A stretch of 64,000 nt of DNA from an uncultured virus (IMG/VR IMGVR_UViG_3300033562_000715) (lineage: Duplodnaviria; Heunggongvirae; Uroviricota; Caudoviricetes). The notes beneath the pieces were generated by a model. That model searched no databases, was not told the origin of the DNA, and saw only the letters and a program-made list of their open reading frames with translations. This document shows, one piece after another, positions 1-10,106 of the stretch. The stretch is taken from the IMG/VR virus record IMGVR_UViG_3300033562_000715; one strand, written 5' to 3'. A program made the position numbers and the translations under genes. Within the stretch, counting starts at the first letter, position 1. Each line of letters begins with the position of its first letter.

Positions 1-540
1 AGTAAGAATGTATTAAACGGGTGTTCATGGGAGTTTTCAAGACCTAGTAACGAGTTAAGAACAAATATTGAAGCTTTTCAGAAGAGTCAGGTTTGTAGTA
101 TTCAACCAGTTACTTATAACCATGAAAAAGGTATTTATGGTTACTTAGTGTACATGAAAATGGACCATTTATGCAAACTTTTAAGTCCAGCTAATATGGG
201 ACCAGTATCAGATGAGGATTTATCTATTGCAAGTCGTCATCGTCAGGAAGCTCAGGCTACCTTAGTTAAGAAGCTGAGAACAGGGTATAAAGGTTTAATT
301 GGTATCTTCTGCACCAACGATAGCCAGACAGTCACTGTAGATGGTCAGACTTACCCAGCATATGCTATTACTCTTAAAGAGTTATGTGTAATTTGTAAAG
401 AGTGTGGCTATGGTATTATGATTAAGGGTATTAATCGTAACCCAGATGATGTATTAGCTAGAGAAGATGCCATCATTAAAGCAGCAACAGTTGCTCCAAG
501 TAGCAATGCATTATTTATTTCAATTGCACCTTTGAGATAG
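1..540 (+). CDS. hypothetical protein, 5'-truncated by window edge
   Basis: Frame is open from base 1 to TAG at 538-540; ORF track shows only the part from 148. Confidence 0.75.
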   Translation, partial: SKNVLNGCSWEFSRPSNELRTNIEAFQKSQVCSIQPVTYNHEKGIYGYLVYMKMDHLCKLLSPANMGPVSDEDLSIASRHRQEAQATLVKKLRTGYKGLIGIFCTNDSQTVTVDGQTYPAYAITLKELCVICKECGYGIMIKGINRNPDDVLAREDAIIKAATVAPSSNALFISIAPLR

Positions 541-550
541 GTAAAGAATA

Positions 551-582
551 TAAAGGTTTGTGAAAGCAAGCCTTTATTTTTT
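551..582 (+). terminator. intrinsic terminator
   Basis: TAAAGGTTTG-tgaaag-CAAGCCTTTA hairpin followed by a T-run right after the stop codon. Confidence 0.7.
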
Positions 583-655
583 AGAAAATAACATCTTATT
601 GTATTAAAGCTAGAGTTTGTATTTAATACAGGCTCTTTTCTTTTATTAAGAACAC

Positions 656-684
656 TTGTAACTAGTTGTAAGATATGCTAAACT
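656..684 (+). promoter_or_regulatory. sigma-A-like promoter with extended -10
   Basis: TTGTAA-17 bp-TAAACT with TATGC preceding the -10; upstream of RBS and ATG 706. Confidence 0.6.
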
Positions 685-705
685 ATGGTATAGGGGGTAG
701 ATAAA

Positions 706-1332
706 ATGAATACTTTTAGATTATTTGTAAGAAAAATAGGAAGTTCAAAAAGAGAAATTTTAGTAGAGGGTAGCAATAAAGATTGTGTTGTAAAGTTAGC
801 CAGTATATTACAACAGGGTAGAGAAGATGGTTTTTATACTTATGAATTAATGGACATAATAAGAGAGGATTCAATATTATTTCAAAGATATGTATTGGAT
901 AAAGAACATGAAGGTAAAGGTTTCTCAGTCTTAAAATTCTTAGGTTGCTTGTCAACACAGTCTGACTTTGGTCGGAGTGGCATGTATAAGATGAATAAGA
1001 TACTAAGAGAAAATAGTAGTTCTTTTACATTAGTGTGTACAGACCATAATGGAGAAAGGGTAACCACTGGTTCAGGTATTTTTGATTGGGTATCAAAGAC
1101 AATCGTTAAGGCTGAAAATACCCCATTTGAGACTCTTGATGCTATGATTGACAACACCTTATTAGCTTTACCAGCTAATATGTGTAGTGAGGTACACAGC
1201 ATAAATATTAAACTGAATGACGATGGTGTATTCAGTGACAGACCTATATACTTTTGGTTTAAAGAACATGGAAATTCTGAGTATGATTTTATTATAGCTA
1301 ACTTTTTAGAAGGGGTTTCGTATGAATTATAA
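706..1332 (+). CDS. hypothetical protein
   Basis: 208-aa ORF with GGGGG RBS; overlaps start of next gene. Confidence 0.75.
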   Translation: MNTFRLFVRKIGSSKREILVEGSNKDCVVKLASILQQGREDGFYTYELMDIIREDSILFQRYVLDKEHEGKGFSVLKFLGCLSTQSDFGRSGMYKMNKILRENSSSFTLVCTDHNGERVTTGSGIFDWVSKTIVKAENTPFETLDAMIDNTLLALPANMCSEVHSINIKLNDDGVFSDRPIYFWFKEHGNSEYDFIIANFLEGVSYEL

Positions 1333-1840
1333 AAAGTACTTTCCAGTAAGGGAGTATTATAAGAAATATATAATACCCCTAGACTCAAGTAAGTTCAAAG
1401 AAACAAAAGACAAAATGGTCTGCCCATTACATAATGACCATGACCCATCATTGGGTACGGTAAATTCTAAAACAGAGGGTGAAATATGCCACTGCTTTGG
1501 TTGTAACTTTTGGGGTAATATTATAGAATTGCACCAAAGAATAAACCGTAAGTACTATAAGAAGTATCTATCAGATGATGAAGCTAAAAAAGATTTATGT
1601 AGACTATTTAACGTGGATTATGACAAACTACCTATTGAAGATACTTCAAAGGTATTAGATAGGGAAATTCGTCAGGACATGGAACTAAATAAAGCTTTAG
1701 AACGCTTTGATATTGGTGACTTTAATCAATTGATAGTAGAGGGTAAACGTCAGAGAAAGGGTATTGCTTACTTTAATACCTTGATGATGACTATGCTAAG
1801 TGAAGTTAAGGCAACTGAACAAGAAGATAAAGAGGCTTAA
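1322..1840 (+). CDS. stand-alone CHC2 zinc-binding domain protein (DnaG primase N-terminal domain)
   Basis: CPLHNDHDPSL...CHCFGC zinc-finger motif; no TOPRIM domain in this ORF. Confidence 0.85.
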   Translation: MNYKKYFPVREYYKKYIIPLDSSKFKETKDKMVCPLHNDHDPSLGTVNSKTEGEICHCFGCNFWGNIIELHQRINRKYYKKYLSDDEAKKDLCRLFNVDYDKLPIEDTSKVLDREIRQDMELNKALERFDIGDFNQLIVEGKRQRKGIAYFNTLMMTMLSEVKATEQEDKEA

Positions 1841-2068
1841 ATGGCTAGAACAGTAAAAACAATTAATTTAAATAACGGATGGGGTATTTCTTGTATAACT
1901 TCTGAGATACCTTGGAATGGTGCAAAGACTTATTCTATTGAGGTTTACATGGAAACTGTTCCATGGAATGAAATTGTAGAATCTAGAAAGAACTTGTTAA
2001 CAAAAGAGGAAGCAAATGAAGCTTATTTAAGTTTAAAGAATAAATATTTAGGCTTGCCAGTGTATTAA
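1841..2068 (+). CDS. hypothetical protein
   Basis: 75-aa ORF abutting previous stop, GAGG RBS. Confidence 0.7.
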   Translation: MARTVKTINLNNGWGISCITSEIPWNGAKTYSIEVYMETVPWNEIVESRKNLLTKEEANEAYLSLKNKYLGLPVY

Positions 2069-2099
2069 GTCTAAACTATAGAAAGGTGGAATTAGGAAA

Positions 2100-3065
2100 A
2101 TGTTTATGAGCACGGATATAGGTTTTTTGGAGGAATTGGAAGTGTCTTTGGGTAGTCCTGAATTTAGCGTCAGTTCTTTTAATGTTCCATCAGAATCTTC
2201 CTTAATTCCGAAGGTTGGATGTTTCCTTGGCTTAGATATTTCTGACCTAAGTTCTGGAATCACTATTTATAGAAATGGTAAGAAAGAGGGTGCAAACATA
2301 GCCCTTGAAGAGATAAGTATGGAAGATTGTCATCGTGAGGTAAAACTTAGGAGAGCCTTAAAAGAAGATATGCGTAAGCTATTTTTAGGAGAGACCTTAG
2401 ACTTAGTTTTAATAGAAGATGCTTATCAGGGTATAAACCCAAATACAACTAGGCTATTGTATGCTTTAAATACTGCAATAGATGAAATGATTTTGGATGA
2501 AGAAGTTTATGTAAAGAAGTTTAAAAGGGTAGGTAACAAAGAATGGAAGGGTTGGCTCTATAGCATAGATAAAGAGAACCTATTTAAGGGTATGAAAGAT
2601 AAACCTAGAATTGAAGCTTGTTTGAATATGTTAGGTATTCATGAAGAGGGTGAGGGTTTTCAAGATAGGCTTGATTCTTGTGGAATGATATGTGGCTATT
2701 TCTTAAGTGAAGCTAAGATACTCATAAAGGAGTCAGAGAAGAAACAGAAGAATATCCCATTTTCAGACATGGATTTTGATTATCAAGAGGATGCAGACCT
2801 TGCAATATTATCAGCAGGTTATGGTCAAAGAGATATAGACCGTATGTATGTTTCAATACATGGTAATTGGAGTAAAAGTAAGATGTTAACTTTATTAAAA
2901 GAAAACCCGAACAAAGTTATAATATCAGAAAAGGCTATAAAACTTGGTAACTTAGGTGTTGAATTAGGCTTACCTTTTATAAAAGAAGGAGGGTATCTTG
3001 CTTTTTGGATTAAACCTAATAGGCTGAAGAAATATGTAAGTGAAGAAGACTTAGGAGGGTTATAA
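2100..3065 (+). CDS. RuvC-like Holliday junction resolvase with C-terminal extension
   Basis: FLGLDIS, LVLIED and DRLDS acidic motifs in RuvC order. Confidence 0.7.
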   Translation: MFMSTDIGFLEELEVSLGSPEFSVSSFNVPSESSLIPKVGCFLGLDISDLSSGITIYRNGKKEGANIALEEISMEDCHREVKLRRALKEDMRKLFLGETLDLVLIEDAYQGINPNTTRLLYALNTAIDEMILDEEVYVKKFKRVGNKEWKGWLYSIDKENLFKGMKDKPRIEACLNMLGIHEEGEGFQDRLDSCGMICGYFLSEAKILIKESEKKQKNIPFSDMDFDYQEDADLAILSAGYGQRDIDRMYVSIHGNWSKSKMLTLLKENPNKVIISEKAIKLGNLGVELGLPFIKEGGYLAFWIKPNRLKKYVSEEDLGGL

Positions 3066-3066
3066 C

Positions 3067-3346
3067 ATGTTATCATTGGATTATTCATTTGGTATTTGGT
3101 CTGTATCAGAGGAAACTCAAATAGTACAAGTCTGATAAAGACTTAACAAACTTGTTAACTTGGGTTAAAGAACAGGATTATAAAGCTGAGGAAGTGATAA
3201 TAAATACTTATTTACACGATGCACACACCCATGAAAATCTTTCAGAAACTATAGATTCTGCTATGGAAATTTTATGGAAAAACTGTTATGAAGGAAATTC
3301 AGTAAAAGTTGAATTAGTTTTGAAGTATTGTCCAGAGGTTAGTTAG
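3067..3346 (+). pseudogene. frameshifted paralog of 3387..3674
   Basis: ATG 3067 (GGAGG RBS) gives MLSLDYSFGIW, matching MLELSYSYDLW of the neighbour; similarity continues in the +1 frame from about 3125 (YKSDKDLTNLLTWVK vs FQSEKLDEVIHWVK). Confidence 0.7.
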
Positions 3347-3386
3347 TAGTGGAAATTAGAGAATAGAGAATAGAGGAGGTTGTATT

Positions 3387-3674
3387 ATGTTAGAATTAAG
3401 TTATTCTTATGATTTATGGAAAGTGTTGAAAGACGAGGTTTTAATGTTTCAGTCAGAGAAATTAGACGAGGTTATACACTGGGTAAAGAATTCTACTCTT
3501 AAAGTAACAGAGGCAAAAATTAGCACATATTTATATGATGAACAAACCTTTAAAAATCTTATAGACTCTATAAGCCTTGCATCAGAGACTGTAGGGGTTA
3601 ATTTACTTAATGATGATTCTCTCAAAATAGATATTAGCATTAAGTGTCTTGAAGGAAAGGATCTTTGGGTGTGA
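3387..3674 (+). CDS. hypothetical protein (paralog of 3067..3346)
   Basis: GGAGGT RBS; shared WVK...I.TYL.D..T..NL..I motif. Confidence 0.75.
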   Translation: MLELSYSYDLWKVLKDEVLMFQSEKLDEVIHWVKNSTLKVTEAKISTYLYDEQTFKNLIDSISLASETVGVNLLNDDSLKIDISIKCLEGKDLWV

Positions 3675-4267
3675 ATAAAAATATTATTATTTTAATTGCA
3701 CCCAGTGCAGCAGGAAAGGACTTTATATTGTTTAAGCTTAAATCTTCTTATGATTTAAAACCCTTTATTCTGTGTACAACACGACCTATGAGACCAGGTG
3801 AAGTTAACGGTAAAGACTATTATTTTTTATCAGAGGATGAGTTTAGAACAAAGATAGAGGGTAATGACTTTTTAGAATACAGGTCTTATGAAACTTTATT
3901 AAATAATCTGCCTAAAACATGGTATTATGGTACGTTAAAACAAGAGTTAGACGATACTGAGACCTATGTAGTACCCTTAGATGTTAATGGTGCAAAATCT
4001 TTTTTAAGCTATTATACTACAGATAAGTGTTTAGTTGTTTATATAGACTGTGACCAACAAACAAGAACTGCTCGAGCTAAGCTTAGAAGCGGTTTTGACC
4101 AATACGAATGGGATAGACGCTTAGAGGACGACATGTATAAATTTGATGATAATAAAGTAAAACCTATAACAGATGTATGGGTAAACAACAATGGTGACTG
4201 TTCAGCAGACGAGTTATGTAGCTATATACTTAATGCTCTTAGTAATTCTAATTTTGGGAGAGGTTAA
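3665..4267 (+). CDS. gmk: guanylate kinase
   Basis: P-loop APSAAGKD and signature CTTRPMRPGEVNGKDYYF. Confidence 0.9.
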   Translation: MGVNKNIIILIAPSAAGKDFILFKLKSSYDLKPFILCTTRPMRPGEVNGKDYYFLSEDEFRTKIEGNDFLEYRSYETLLNNLPKTWYYGTLKQELDDTETYVVPLDVNGAKSFLSYYTTDKCLVVYIDCDQQTRTARAKLRSGFDQYEWDRRLEDDMYKFDDNKVKPITDVWVNNNGDCSADELCSYILNALSNSNFGRG

Positions 4268-4368
4268 GTAGTTATTAATACTATATTACAAATACCTTGC
4301 AACTATATTAAGAACTATGTATACTATAAGTATAGGTAGTTCTTTTTTATTAGAAGGAGGGTTTTTAT

Positions 4369-4878
4369 ATGAAGGAATTTAATTGGAATGGTTTTAAGAA
4401 ACCTACAGTAGTATCGGTAGCAACTGAAGAAGAAGCTTTAGACTTTGCCCAGAAAGTAGGATTGAATACAGACACAGTATTAAAGCAGTTTTATAGTGCA
4501 GACTTCCAAAAAACAGATACTTTAGTACCAGCTTTTTCAGAAAAGGGTATGGGATCTAAACAGTGGTATAAAGATCGTGGTTTTGATGTAGTGCCATGGT
4601 CAGACTACATGCCATTATGTATTAATTTATCCCAAACTAAAGATTTCATAGGTAGAATGCTTTCTTTTGGTTATGGGTATGATGAGGCTTTACAGTTTGG
4701 TGTTCTTGCTCATGATATGTATCAGAAAAGAGGTCAGGAAATTGACATACCTCAAGAATACATAGATTTTATTATTACAGAAGAAGCAACCTCTTATATA
4801 AGAAAGTTCTTTGACGCTTGTGAGAAAGATGAAGATGACCAATCTGTATTTTACTATTTTGTAAAGACTTTCTTTTAA
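4369..4878 (+). CDS. hypothetical protein; N-terminal domain shared with 51822..52094
   Basis: GGAGG RBS; TEEEALDF...WSDYM motif. Confidence 0.75.
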   Translation: MKEFNWNGFKKPTVVSVATEEEALDFAQKVGLNTDTVLKQFYSADFQKTDTLVPAFSEKGMGSKQWYKDRGFDVVPWSDYMPLCINLSQTKDFIGRMLSFGYGYDEALQFGVLAHDMYQKRGQEIDIPQEYIDFIITEEATSYIRKFFDACEKDEDDQSVFYYFVKTFF

Positions 4879-5021
4879 GCAACATTATGTTTAAGGCATA
4901 TACATTCATATTAAGCATTGTTTAAGTAGTAACTCTGTAAATAGTCTGTTTAACTTAGGTTATTCGGACTATTTTTCTTTCATTATTGTATATTTATAAA
5001 TGAAAGGTGGTGTAAACTTAT

Positions 5022-5321
5022 ATGTTTAATGCGTATGACAATGGTAACCAGTGTAATGCTAGTTATAGACAAAACAATAGAATGCCTACAAAGGCAGAAC
5101 AATTACAGTTTTTAGCTAGTTCCTTTAATGCATCAGTTGTAGAGAGGGTTACTGAGTTTGATTCAAACTCTACTAAGCATGCTTGCATTAAAGAAAGGAC
5201 TATCTTTAACTTGGGTATTATAATAAAACCTATACCAACACCAAAAGGTACAATAAATGCTGAATGCATGTTCTGTAGTTATTGTAGAAAGCTGATAGTT
5301 AACTCATCTTCTTTAGCTTAA
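5022..5321 (+). CDS. small protein with C-terminal CxxC motifs
   Basis: 99-aa ORF containing CMFCSYC. Confidence 0.65.
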   Translation: MFNAYDNGNQCNASYRQNNRMPTKAEQLQFLASSFNASVVERVTEFDSNSTKHACIKERTIFNLGIIIKPIPTPKGTINAECMFCSYCRKLIVNSSSLA

Positions 5322-5467
5322 TAAAGAAAGGCATTTTAGGCAACTAAGATTGTCTTTCTTTTTTGATTGCTAGGAACAAAATAGAATAAATCCTTTATAT
5401 AGTAAGTAGTGTAAGTTTTAAATAAAGCTAAATTTTATGCTTATTATATTAAGGAGGTACGAGTAAG

Positions 5468-6820
5468 ATGGTAGATGAGATGAAGGCTAATCCAAGGTTA
5501 CTAAATGAGTATGAAACAACTTTTGACTCAGAGGAAAAAGTAACCAACGCTTTAAAGATAACAAAGAACAACTTTACAATAACAACAGGTGTAGTAGAAT
5601 TTGATTCATTGTTAATTCCTGACCCTATGAAGAAGGGTAGAAAAGAAACATTTTTAGGTTTATCCACGAGCATCGCTGAGTTAGGTATCTTAAGTCCTAT
5701 TCATGTCATGATAACAGACTCATATACAGAATGGGTAAAAACTCATGAAAGTACAGATGTTTTTGATGGCTTTAAGTACATCTTATTAGATGGCTTTAGA
5801 CGTGTATGGGGTGGATGTAAGAATGGTTTAGAACGAAGCAACGCAATTATATGGGATTTCAAAGATAAAGATAAGGGTACTGAGTTGTCTACATTTTTAT
5901 CATTGGTATTGAATAAGGTTCAGAAACGTTCTTGGGGTGAAATTTGGTACTTATATCAGATATTAGAAGTGCAATCGGCTCTTACACCAGGAACCCTTGA
6001 ATACTTATTACAGTTAGACCCAGGAGATGCTATGAAGCTTAAAGATATTATGTCATGTGATTATGCAGATGTAAAGGAAGAGCTTTTGTCTAATAAAAAG
6101 ACAATTGCACAAGCTTATAGTTTACTTCAGAAGTATAGAAAAGAAGAAGACCAGTTATTGAAGGAAGATAACAAGGGAATTGCTGATTTAGACCAAGCTG
6201 ATGGGGTTATAGAAAAGGGTAAGAACTCTGTATTAAGTAATGATGAGGTAAAAGAGATTCTTGAGATGGAGGATAATTTTGATACAGAATTATCTGATAG
6301 TAACTTTGATGGTGACCTATCTATGGATGATATAAGTGATCGTCAGAAAGTTGGAGAGAGACATCCTTTAGACCCAGCTTTAAGAGCAGAAACTATGATA
6401 AGAGATAATTACACTTGTCAGTGTTGTGGTGCAGGTGCTGAAATGTCTATGATGTCTAAATTATCTATTTTACAAAGTCATCATAAAATCAGTGTAAGTA
6501 ACTCAGGACCTGATACAAAGGAGAATATAACAACCCTGTGCATGGTATGTCATACACTTATACACGTACTTGGAAGACACTCATTACGGTTTGGAATATC
6601 TAAGGAAGAATTTGATGGTATGTCTGAGCCAAGTAAAGAGCAGCACAAGAAAATTATGGCACTTGCAAGAGTTGATTGGGAAGCAGGTACACGTTTAGGA
6701 AAGAATAAAGAAGAAATAAAGAAAGATAACTCGGATTATTATAAGTTTAAGATGCCAGGCACTGATTTAGCTCAAAACTCAAAGGCAATACAGGAGTATA
6801 AGAAGGAACAAAATAAATAA
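5468..6820 (+). CDS. ParB-like N-terminal domain fused to a C-terminal HNH endonuclease
   Basis: SIAELGILSPIHV and LLDGFRR (ParB boxes); RDNYTCQCCG...SHHK...ENITTLCMVCHTLIH (HNH). Confidence 0.85.
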   Translation: MVDEMKANPRLLNEYETTFDSEEKVTNALKITKNNFTITTGVVEFDSLLIPDPMKKGRKETFLGLSTSIAELGILSPIHVMITDSYTEWVKTHESTDVFDGFKYILLDGFRRVWGGCKNGLERSNAIIWDFKDKDKGTELSTFLSLVLNKVQKRSWGEIWYLYQILEVQSALTPGTLEYLLQLDPGDAMKLKDIMSCDYADVKEELLSNKKTIAQAYSLLQKYRKEEDQLLKEDNKGIADLDQADGVIEKGKNSVLSNDEVKEILEMEDNFDTELSDSNFDGDLSMDDISDRQKVGERHPLDPALRAETMIRDNYTCQCCGAGAEMSMMSKLSILQSHHKISVSNSGPDTKENITTLCMVCHTLIHVLGRHSLRFGISKEEFDGMSEPSKEQHKKIMALARVDWEAGTRLGKNKEEIKKDNSDYYKFKMPGTDLAQNSKAIQEYKKEQNK

Positions 6821-6841
6821 ATAAATTAAAAGGAGTACAAG

Positions 6842-7504
6842 ATGGAAAATTTAGGGTTTAACATAGAAAGTAGTCTGTCTAAATACTTTAGTATTATGAA
6901 AGACAGACCAGAAGAGTTTCTAAACTCTGGATTAATCGATATAGTAAAGGATTTGCAAACTCTTGTAGATTTTCATAGGAGTACTAATATTCCTATAGGT
7001 GTTATATATGAGAGTCCATATAACATATTAGTTGTTGATGTAATCAAAAGTTCAGATGGTACTCTTTACACTTATGAGAGGGTAATTAAGTCTGATATAG
7101 GTACTCCAGTAGTAGCTATTACAACAAGAGATGGTAAGTTTCTTTTATTAAATCAGTTTAGGCACGCTATGAGATGTAATCAGTTATCCTTTGTAAGAGG
7201 TCATGGTATGGGTGTTTTATCAGAGGATGGTACAATATCCGTAGAGATAGTAGAGGAATTAGGTGTTCAACCTAAAACTATTACTAAGTTGGGTGAGGTT
7301 GTTGCTGATAGTGGTTTATCAGGAACTTTAGTATCTGTTTTTTCTTGTGAAGTAAGTACTCCTATAATTAAAGAAGAGTATGAGGGTATTAAAGGGTACA
7401 TAGAATTAACTCAAGAGGAATTAGAACAGTATATTAACGAAGGAAAAATAACAGATTGCTTTACTTTGTCAGCTTTCCTTTTATACAAGTTAAGGAGGAG
7501 TTAA
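6842..7504 (+). CDS. Nudix hydrolase (ADP-ribose pyrophosphatase-like), degenerate Nudix box
   Basis: LLLNQFRHA, RG...EIVEELG, ADSG and GKITDCFT motifs typical of NudF-like proteins. Confidence 0.8.
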   Translation: MENLGFNIESSLSKYFSIMKDRPEEFLNSGLIDIVKDLQTLVDFHRSTNIPIGVIYESPYNILVVDVIKSSDGTLYTYERVIKSDIGTPVVAITTRDGKFLLLNQFRHAMRCNQLSFVRGHGMGVLSEDGTISVEIVEELGVQPKTITKLGEVVADSGLSGTLVSVFSCEVSTPIIKEEYEGIKGYIELTQEELEQYINEGKITDCFTLSAFLLYKLRRS

Positions 7505-7506
7505 AC

Positions 7507-8259
7507 ATGGAAACAAAAATATTAAAAGTAGTAAACTTAGATAGGTACACCTCTTACAGAGAGTTGATTGTACCTTTAATGAAAGCTCACAAAGACTATT
7601 GTGACAGGATTGAAAAGGTTTTAGATTGTAAAGACCCTATTGTTGTTTATAACACAAGTATTTTACCAACGACTGATGTACCTAATCAGGCTCATTTAGA
7701 CTTCTCTAGAGTATCTTATTTGCAGAGGTCTTTTGAAAACTATAATATTGGTGCAGTGTACCTAGATTCACTATTTGCATTAGGTGAAAGAGACTTATGC
7801 AGAGCCTTTAAAGTACAAGTAATTATATACGAGGGTTCATTCAACTATGTTAAGGTATTTTTAAATTATTCAGATTTATCATTATGTAGTCCTAAAAGGT
7901 ATATAAGGTCAGATAATGGTATGGTAGCAAGAGCAAACATACCAGAAGGAAGCAATTTAGAGAAGTTTTTAGTAGTTTGCAGGTCTATGTCTAAGGGTAG
8001 AAATATACTATTTGAACAGGATGAAATTGGCAAATGGATATTACGAGACTTAAAGAAAAACATCTCATATAGTGAGGGTATTATGACTTCAGCTTTTATA
8101 GGTGCAGCAAATGCACTTATAAAATCTTATAAAAACCCTATTGGTCATATTTATTGTATCTTTGATTACTCTGTACAGGGTAAGTTCAATAGAGAGATTT
8201 CTGTAACTGAAGTTAATGGTGAACTAGAAATTGTATTTTACTATGGCACAAGTCTTTAG
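7507..8259 (+). CDS. hypothetical protein
   Basis: ATG 7507 after AGGAGG. Confidence 0.7.
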   Translation: METKILKVVNLDRYTSYRELIVPLMKAHKDYCDRIEKVLDCKDPIVVYNTSILPTTDVPNQAHLDFSRVSYLQRSFENYNIGAVYLDSLFALGERDLCRAFKVQVIIYEGSFNYVKVFLNYSDLSLCSPKRYIRSDNGMVARANIPEGSNLEKFLVVCRSMSKGRNILFEQDEIGKWILRDLKKNISYSEGIMTSAFIGAANALIKSYKNPIGHIYCIFDYSVQGKFNREISVTEVNGELEIVFYYGTSL

Positions 8260-8351
8260 ATTAGTTTAAGAGATAGGTTAATAAGTCTTTTCAGATTAAA
8301 TAGAAGAACTATAGTTATAGTGTAGTATTTTTAGTGAAAGAGGGTAGCTTT

Positions 8352-8804
8352 ATGGTTGAATTAACTGCAGGTCTTATAGGGGATAAAAGGATTGCTCACT
8401 CTAAAGGTGTTGCAGACTTCATGTACAATAACGCTAGAGAATACACAGAAGTATTTAAAGAAGACCTATATCTTTTAGGTTTAGTTCATGACATTGGGTA
8501 CATCTTTGGAGAGTCTGTTGGTCACGGTGCTAGAGGTGGTCTTATGTTAAAGAGTTTAGGTTTTAAGTATTGGAGAGAGGTTTATTGGCATGGTAAAATA
8601 GTTATAAATGGTTTTAAGTCTCCTTTTTTAGACTTACTAAATTGGGCAGATTTAAACATTAGTAGTTCGGGAGAAGTAGTTGGATATAGGGTAAGGATTG
8701 ATAGTATTCTTAAAAACTATGGTGTTAACTCAGACAACTATAAGAATGCAGTTACTTTAAGTAACCTATTAGCACTAAAAGGGTATAAAACAGCAGTAGA
8801 ATAA
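8352..8804 (+). CDS. HD-domain phosphohydrolase
   Basis: RIAHSKGVA, GLVHDIG, H...G, WHG, WAD motifs. Confidence 0.85.
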   Translation: MVELTAGLIGDKRIAHSKGVADFMYNNAREYTEVFKEDLYLLGLVHDIGYIFGESVGHGARGGLMLKSLGFKYWREVYWHGKIVINGFKSPFLDLLNWADLNISSSGEVVGYRVRIDSILKNYGVNSDNYKNAVTLSNLLALKGYKTAVE

Positions 8805-8852
8805 GTACTTTTAAGATTGGTTAGTAAAAATAAAATAATAAAGGAGTATCAA

Positions 8853-9113
8853 ATGGCTAAAGAAAGTCTTACAGTAGAACAAGCATATGAGATTATACAT
8901 CCATATTATAAGGTTGATGAGTACCATTATTCCTTTAGCAAAGAAGAGTATGAAAGTGGTAAAATATCACTAGCAGCAATGAAACTATTAGAAACAGAAA
9001 ACTATGCTTTGGTTTGCATAAATGATGAAGAACCACCAAGTATACCTATTTATGAATACCAGTTAATACCAGCATGGGACAGATCTTCAAAACGTAGTGT
9101 ATTACTAGGGTAG
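8853..9113 (+). CDS. hypothetical protein, tandem paralog family member 1
   Basis: ISLAAMKLLETENYALVC motif shared with next two ORFs; AAGGAG RBS. Confidence 0.7.
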   Translation: MAKESLTVEQAYEIIHPYYKVDEYHYSFSKEEYESGKISLAAMKLLETENYALVCINDEEPPSIPIYEYQLIPAWDRSSKRSVLLG

Positions 9114-9125
9114 ACGGAGGTATTT

Positions 9126-9593
9126 ATGAAAAGTAAAAGACCAACAAAAGAAGAGGCTTTAGAGGAATTAAAATACTGTTATAACACTTTTAATTACTGT
9201 TATGATATTTCTTTTAAAAAGGCTAGATTTGCTAGAGTTACCTTAGCAATGCTAGAGATATTAGCAACAGAGGATTATGCTTTAGTTTGTGCTTATAATG
9301 AATCTACTTCTGAAATAGGGTATAGATTAGTACCAGTTCTTGGTTATATGATGAGAAGTTTAGATTATTGTACAGACTTTGTTAAAAGCTTTTATGTAAA
9401 GAATAGGAAATTTGCAACTTCCTTTAGTGTAAAGAGTTATTTTTCAAGTGAATCTTTACAGGGGCTTGTAGACAGTGTATTAATAAATGGTTTAAAGACA
9501 TCTAATTGGGTAGATGGTAGGCAACCAGCCTTATTTATTGATAGAAATAACAGGTCTGTATTTCGTTGGTGTGAGCTCAAGGACGTGATTTAA
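9126..9593 (+). CDS. hypothetical protein, tandem paralog family member 2
   Basis: VTLAMLEILATEDYALVC; GGAGGT RBS. Confidence 0.75.
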   Translation: MKSKRPTKEEALEELKYCYNTFNYCYDISFKKARFARVTLAMLEILATEDYALVCAYNESTSEIGYRLVPVLGYMMRSLDYCTDFVKSFYVKNRKFATSFSVKSYFSSESLQGLVDSVLINGLKTSNWVDGRQPALFIDRNNRSVFRWCELKDVI

Positions 9594-9623
9594 AATTTAG
9601 AGAAAAGAAAGGAAAGGCAAGAA

Positions 9624-10100
9624 ATGAGAAAAGAAAAGATTAATTCCGAGATTGCTAAAAAGATATTGGGTGAGGGGTTTTATGATAAGTTCACTGGAAA
9701 GTTTGTAGTATCTTTTGAGGAAGCACAGCTAGCTAAGATTTCTGTATCTATAATTACTCTTTTGTCTACTTGTGATTATGTATTAATTTGTGTAGACCAT
9801 GAAGATGGACTTTATTATCATGTAGCACCAATAAAACCTTACATCTTAGAGAAATTAAACTACTGTGAGGGCTTTGTAAAGTCACATTATGAGGAGAAGA
9901 ACTATGGTGAGAAATTTAAAGAATCATTTCCAGTAAAGGATTACTTTGCTGACAGTACTTTGCGAGATATTATAGATAATGTCTTAGTACAGGGTATTTA
10001 CATTAACAATCAGGTAGACCACAGAGAGCCAGTATTGGGTATAGATAGGGAAGACCCAAGTAAGTTTTGTTGGTTTGAAATTAAGGACTTTTACAAGTAG
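9624..10100 (+). CDS. hypothetical protein, tandem paralog family member 3
   Basis: ISVSIITLLSTCDYVLIC; C-terminal half aligns with member 2. Confidence 0.75.
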   Translation: MRKEKINSEIAKKILGEGFYDKFTGKFVVSFEEAQLAKISVSIITLLSTCDYVLICVDHEDGLYYHVAPIKPYILEKLNYCEGFVKSHYEEKNYGEKFKESFPVKDYFADSTLRDIIDNVLVQGIYINNQVDHREPVLGIDREDPSKFCWFEIKDFYK

Positions 10101-10106
10101 AGTACC

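Noticed and set aside
2100..3065. TnpB/Cas12-type RuvC effector
   Set aside because: Motif spacing fits a compact resolvase; no zinc ribbon, transposon ends or adjacent array.
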